Shown piece after piece: positions 60,165 through 64,000 of a stretch of DNA of 64,000 bases; positions within the stretch are counted from its first letter, which is position 1, and every line of letters begins with the position of its first letter. The notes under the pieces are model-generated. The model did not search any database. It was not told where the DNA came from and saw only the letters and a list, made by a program, of their open reading frames with translations. The stretch comes from Octopus sinensis. Lineage: Eukaryota. The position numbers and the translations under genes were made by a program. The stretch spans positions 27,342,001 to 27,406,000 of the forward strand of contig NC_043006.1 in assembly GCF_006345805.1 (NCBI RefSeq). Direction: 5' to 3'.

Positions 60165-60760
60165 TACACCCGGCAGGAATGCCGCCTCAGCGGCTTCCAC
60201 ATGCGGTGTCTTCGATGGATCCTTGGCATCTCCTGGAAGGACCGAGTACCCAACAGAGTCATCCTGGAACAGATTAATATGCCAAGCATGTATGCCCTCC
60301 TCGTGCGGAGACGACTGCGCTGGCTCGGACACGTCTGCCGCATGCAGGACGGTCGCATGCCTAAAGACATCCTGTACAGCGAACTCACCACGGGATCCCG
60401 ACCCAAGGGATGTCCACAGCTACGATACAGGGACGTGTGCAAGCGCGACCTGAGGACTGCCAACATCTGTGTGGACACGTTGGAGGAAACAGCTGCTGAC
60501 CGCTCTGCCTGGCGTCGGACGGTGAGGAAAGGCGTTTCCATGGCTGAGGAGAGGAGAGCACAGCTGTGGTTGGACAGGCGGGACAGGAGGAAGACAACTG
60601 CAGCAACACCCCACACGTACCCATCGATGTTCGTGTGCAGCAAATGTACCAAGGACTGCCACTCTAGAATTGGACTGTTCAGTCACACCAGACGCTGCAC
60701 ATCATCAAAGTAGGCCCCACCCTTGGCGCAACCCATTGTCTATCAAGACAGACGGGGTAA
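60165..60760 (+). mobile_element. BovB-like RTE LINE 3' end with uninterrupted ORF, inserted in (TA)n
   Basis: YTRQECRLSGFHMRCLRWILGISWKDRVPN...RRLRWLGHVCRM.DGR.PK.ILYSEL...DRSAWR...[23 protein letters not shown]. Stop at 60711-60713. Short 3' UTR ccattgtctatcaagacagacgg. Confidence 0.88.
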
Positions 60761-60809
60761 GATATAGAATAACATGTATGTATACATATATATATATATA
60801 CATGTATGT

Positions 60810-60875
<66 letters not shown>

Positions 60876-60885
60876 ACATGTATGT

Positions 60886-60919
<34 letters not shown>

Positions 60920-60923
<4 letters not shown>

Positions 60924-61050
60924 TATTTACACCTGACGGATATTTGTTGTCATCTTTGTTAACAGAACATTTCGGCTGATATACTCGTCAGCCTTCATCA
61001 GGTGTTCTGGGGAAATTTGGAACCTGGGTTCTCATTCCTAAGGTATTTTT
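60920..61050 (-). mobile_element. PLE-type terminal repeat with a degenerate minimal hammerhead (60961..61009)
   Basis: Minus strand gaacac-CTGATGA-A-GGCTGA cgagtata TCAGCC-GAAATGTT-CTGTT. A related copy lies at 14183..14230. Confidence 0.5.
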
Positions 61051-61399
61051 CCAATGTTATTATTATTATCATCATTATTATTAAGGTCACTGCATGGAAT
61101 TGAACTTGGAATCTTGGGGTTAGTAGCCCACATTCTTAACCACTACACCATATGTGGCCAATTATGGAGTGTATTTTAGGGCTCATAAATCTAATATTTT
61201 CCTATCCTTCCTTAAAACTGTTTCTTATATGCTAATCATATCTGCAGTAGGTCTGCTCAAGAGGTCATTATGTCCTAGCATATGTGCTGCTTTTAGTTTT
61301 CGTATTTTCCAGTGGTGTTCTCTGTCTATTATTTTAACTTCTTCCTAAATTTGGTTTTTTTTTAATGAATACTTGTTTTCAAAGTGATGACTTTTGTGG

Positions 61400-62150
61400 T
61401 CCAGGCATTCCTGATAAAGTGAAGCAGTGAAACTACAAACATAAAGAAACATTTTGGTTTGGTATTTGTGTGCATTGTCATTCAATGGTTGCTCTCAATT
61501 TATGAACTGTTGTAAGTTTTGTAAAATTTTGTATTTTAAGTTACCCCATCACAAAAAAAAAAGTCTAATGGCGTGAGGTCTGGTGAACGTGAAATGTATT
61601 CTAATGAATTTCTTTGTCCTATCCACATGTTTCACATAATCTCATCAAAGTAGGCCCTTACATTACCATCATAGTGCTGAAGTGCTCCATCTTGCTGGAA
61701 ATAAAACTCCACATCTTCAAAGACATCTTCAGTGCTCAGCATGATACATTGTTGCAATAAATTCAAGTAAATGGAACTAGTTACAATACCAGCAAAAAGA
61801 ACCATCTAATTAGTACTTTTGATAAGCTGCACTTCACTGTAGGTATCACTATGAATTTTTGAAAATATTAAATGTAATTTCTACTGTACTTTTTCCTGGA
61901 GAGTACCCCAAAAAAAGAAACATTCTGATACCTACCTATTTGTGAAATTTGGGTGAATATTTTAGGAAATATGGTAATTTGAATGGTCAGCGAAGTGGTT
62001 GAAATCTTGCCTAATTAGCCTAATCAATAATTAGCCATATTTGTGATGTCATATCTTTGAAACTGAGGTGATAATCATCTTCAAATTTCACAAATTAATA
62101 GTGACCATGGTACAGCAGTTGCCTATTTTTGTCCGGGTTCTTGGAAAGAA
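61400..62150 (-). mobile_element. Tc1/mariner-superfamily transposase relic
   Basis: FQQDGALQHY...VRAYFDE...WIGQR...SRSPDLTPLDFF motifs with stops. Confidence 0.7.
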
Positions 62151-62194
62151 AACTTTTCTTTTAGTAGTTTTGCAGTGTTTTCAGACCTCTTTTA

Positions 62195-62713
62195 TCTCTC
62201 TTCTCTTTTACTTGTTTCAGTCATTTGACTGTGGCCATGCTGGAGCACCACCTTTGGTCGAGCAAATCGACCACAGGACTTATTCTTTGGAAGCCTAGTA
62301 CTTATTCTATCGGTCTCTTTTGCCAAAACGCTAAGTTACGGGGACATAAACACATCACCATCGGGGACAAACACAGACGCACAAACATACACACACAGAT
62401 GCTTTTATATATATATATTTTTTTTTTTTTTTTTTTACAACCAGTCCATCAGATGTAGTTACACATTGCTGGTCACAATGCGTTCGCATTGTTTTAGCCT
62501 TCAAATGATGCCACCCCGCTGGCTAAGCGAGCAGGCCAACAGAAGAAAGAGTGGTGAAAGAGTACAGCAGGGATCACCACCCCCTGCTGGAGCATCGTGG
62601 AGCTTTTAGGTGTTTTCACTCAATAAACACTCACAACGCCCGGTCTGCGAATCGAAACCGCGATCCTATGACCGCGAGTCCGCTGCCCTAACCACTGGGC
62701 CATTGCACCTCCA

Positions 62714-62745
<32 letters not shown>

Positions 62746-62905
62746 CGACCTTCTTTCAGTTTCCGTCTACCAAATCCACTCACAAGGCTTTGGTCAGCCC
62801 GAGGCTATAGTAGAAGACACTTGCCCAAGGTGCCACACAGTGGGATTGAACCTGGAACCATGTGGTTGGTAAGCAAGCTACTTACCACACAGCCACTCCT
62901 GCACC
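62195..62905 (-). mobile_element. SINE family A copy split in its central microsatellite by SINE B
   Basis: 3' half 62195..62400 and 5' half 62745..62905 match the reverse complement of 6101..6512. Confidence 0.8.
62445..62713 (-). mobile_element. tRNA-derived SINE family B
   Basis: Head tggaggtgcaatggcccagtggttagggcagcggactcgcggtcataggatcgcggtttcgattc (A/B-box-like, tRNA-like), followed by a non-tRNA body. Confidence 0.75.
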
Positions 62906-63175
62906 TAATTAAAATTCAGAAATACAAGTTACATGGACATGAGTTTTGGTACATTTGTAGTTGGTATAGAACTAAATAAATCCTGAGATTCTGGAACGAG
63001 AACATTTCAATAAAATTTTAATGGCAATAAATGGCAGAATTTCAGATCAGGACACCCACATAAGTTGAATATTCTCCATTTCGACAGCGATTTTACATCA
63101 TGGTCTTGGAAATGATGGGGTAAGCTTTTTATGAAAAAGAATTTTGGAAAATTTATGATTTATTTTCTATCCCCC

Positions 63176-63211
<36 letters not shown>

Positions 63212-63728
63212 CCCTCCAGAGTAATTTTGGCCAATTTTGTTTGCATTACACACTTAAAAATGATGGGAGATGCCTTTTCGGAGATTTTTAAAACATTTTC
63301 AAATGGAAAGATGTGTGATTTAATGAAAATTTAGCTATTGTTTCTAGCACATCCCACATCCACCTGATAACTTTCAAAGAATTGAATGTAGACCTAGATT
63401 AAAAAACAAACAAAATGTGAAAACTAATTTCTTTCTTTAAACATTAAAAACATAAATTAAAGGCTAACAACATCTGTAACTCATTAGTAGGAGAGAGAAA
63501 AAACCCAAAACAAATATGTAAACACTAACACAAATTATTCCAACTATTCAAAATCAGGGTGTAAAACATTATATCTGACTTGTACAATATATATTCATTG
63601 CACAATATAATTTTTATTAACAGAATTTGACCTATATTTCTCAAAGAAAATTGAAATTAACATGTTGTAGTGTGACGGAGGAAAAGGACTACAGAAAAAG
63701 AAACAAAAGGAAAAAGAAATACAAAAGG

Positions 63729-63880
63729 ACTTACCTCGGCGAAATCAGTGGTCTCTCACGAATTCAACACGTCCTGTCACTTTGCCATCTATGCTGGAAT
63801 TGACCACGCTTCCTCGCTGACGTCACATGCGCCCTTCACTCTTCCGCCAGCCCCTGCAAGCCCTACTTCCGCCCACCTCA
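63729..63880 (-). promoter_or_regulatory. Candidate promoter / first exon with donor GAG|GTAAGT on -
   Basis: acttacctc at ~63728-63736, CRE palindrome TGACGTCA at ~63818, two ETS-like CTTCCG motifs and a GC box in a locally GC-rich patch. Confidence 0.3.
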
Positions 63881-64000
63881 TCTGTCATCCTCTCCACCAA
63901 CACCACATAGCTCATCACGGCCCATAACACCGACCACCAACACCACACATGTACAAGCATATCTGCTAGGCTTGTCTATTGGCTTTCCACATGTTAAAAC

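Noticed and set aside
60047-60652. 201-aa minus-strand ORF
   Set aside because: Antisense shadow of the BovB-like RTE fragment plus microsatellite.
62640-62713. tRNA genes at SINE heads (also 6101, 30450, 42740, 58190) and the tRNA-Trp-like 39088..39108
   Set aside because: The heads continue into repeat bodies and lack full cloverleaves. The Trp match is a ~21-nt primer-binding site.

Overview
Eukaryotic, AT-rich, repeat-dense DNA, most consistent with an Octopus (coleoid cephalopod) C2H2 zinc-finger gene cluster. The organism is inferred from ZNF style and repeat families, not from a database search. There are four effector-less tandem C2H2 ZNF genes, each with a single coding exon: ZNF-A (<2..1015, +, at least 12 fingers), ZNF-B (17550..18413, +, 10), ZNF-C (30573..31517, -, 10) and ZNF-D (45364..46731, +, 16). 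ZNF-C and ZNF-D are head-to-head paralogs sharing a conserved non-coding first exon and donor; B, C and D share a conserved acceptor and a leader with upstream ATGs. The rest is mostly transposon-derived: RTE, CR1/L2-like, BovB-like and Hero-like LINEs, several tRNA-derived SINEs, Penelope-like fragments, a hAT with an 8-bp TSD, Tc1/mariner and Tigger relics, MITEs, a foldback element, a Helentron-like element, a Gypsy pol relic and a young non-autonomous LTR element with a tRNA-Trp primer site. The most notable structures not shown by the ORF track are (i) several hammerhead-ribozyme motifs, one with an intact core at 54072..54200, (ii) long fold-back hairpins in the first introns of the ZNF genes, and (iii) finger shuffling and 3' erosion of the ZNF arrays. 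No bacterial-type genes, CRISPR arrays or true tRNA/rRNA genes were supported. All coordinates and identities were read by eye.
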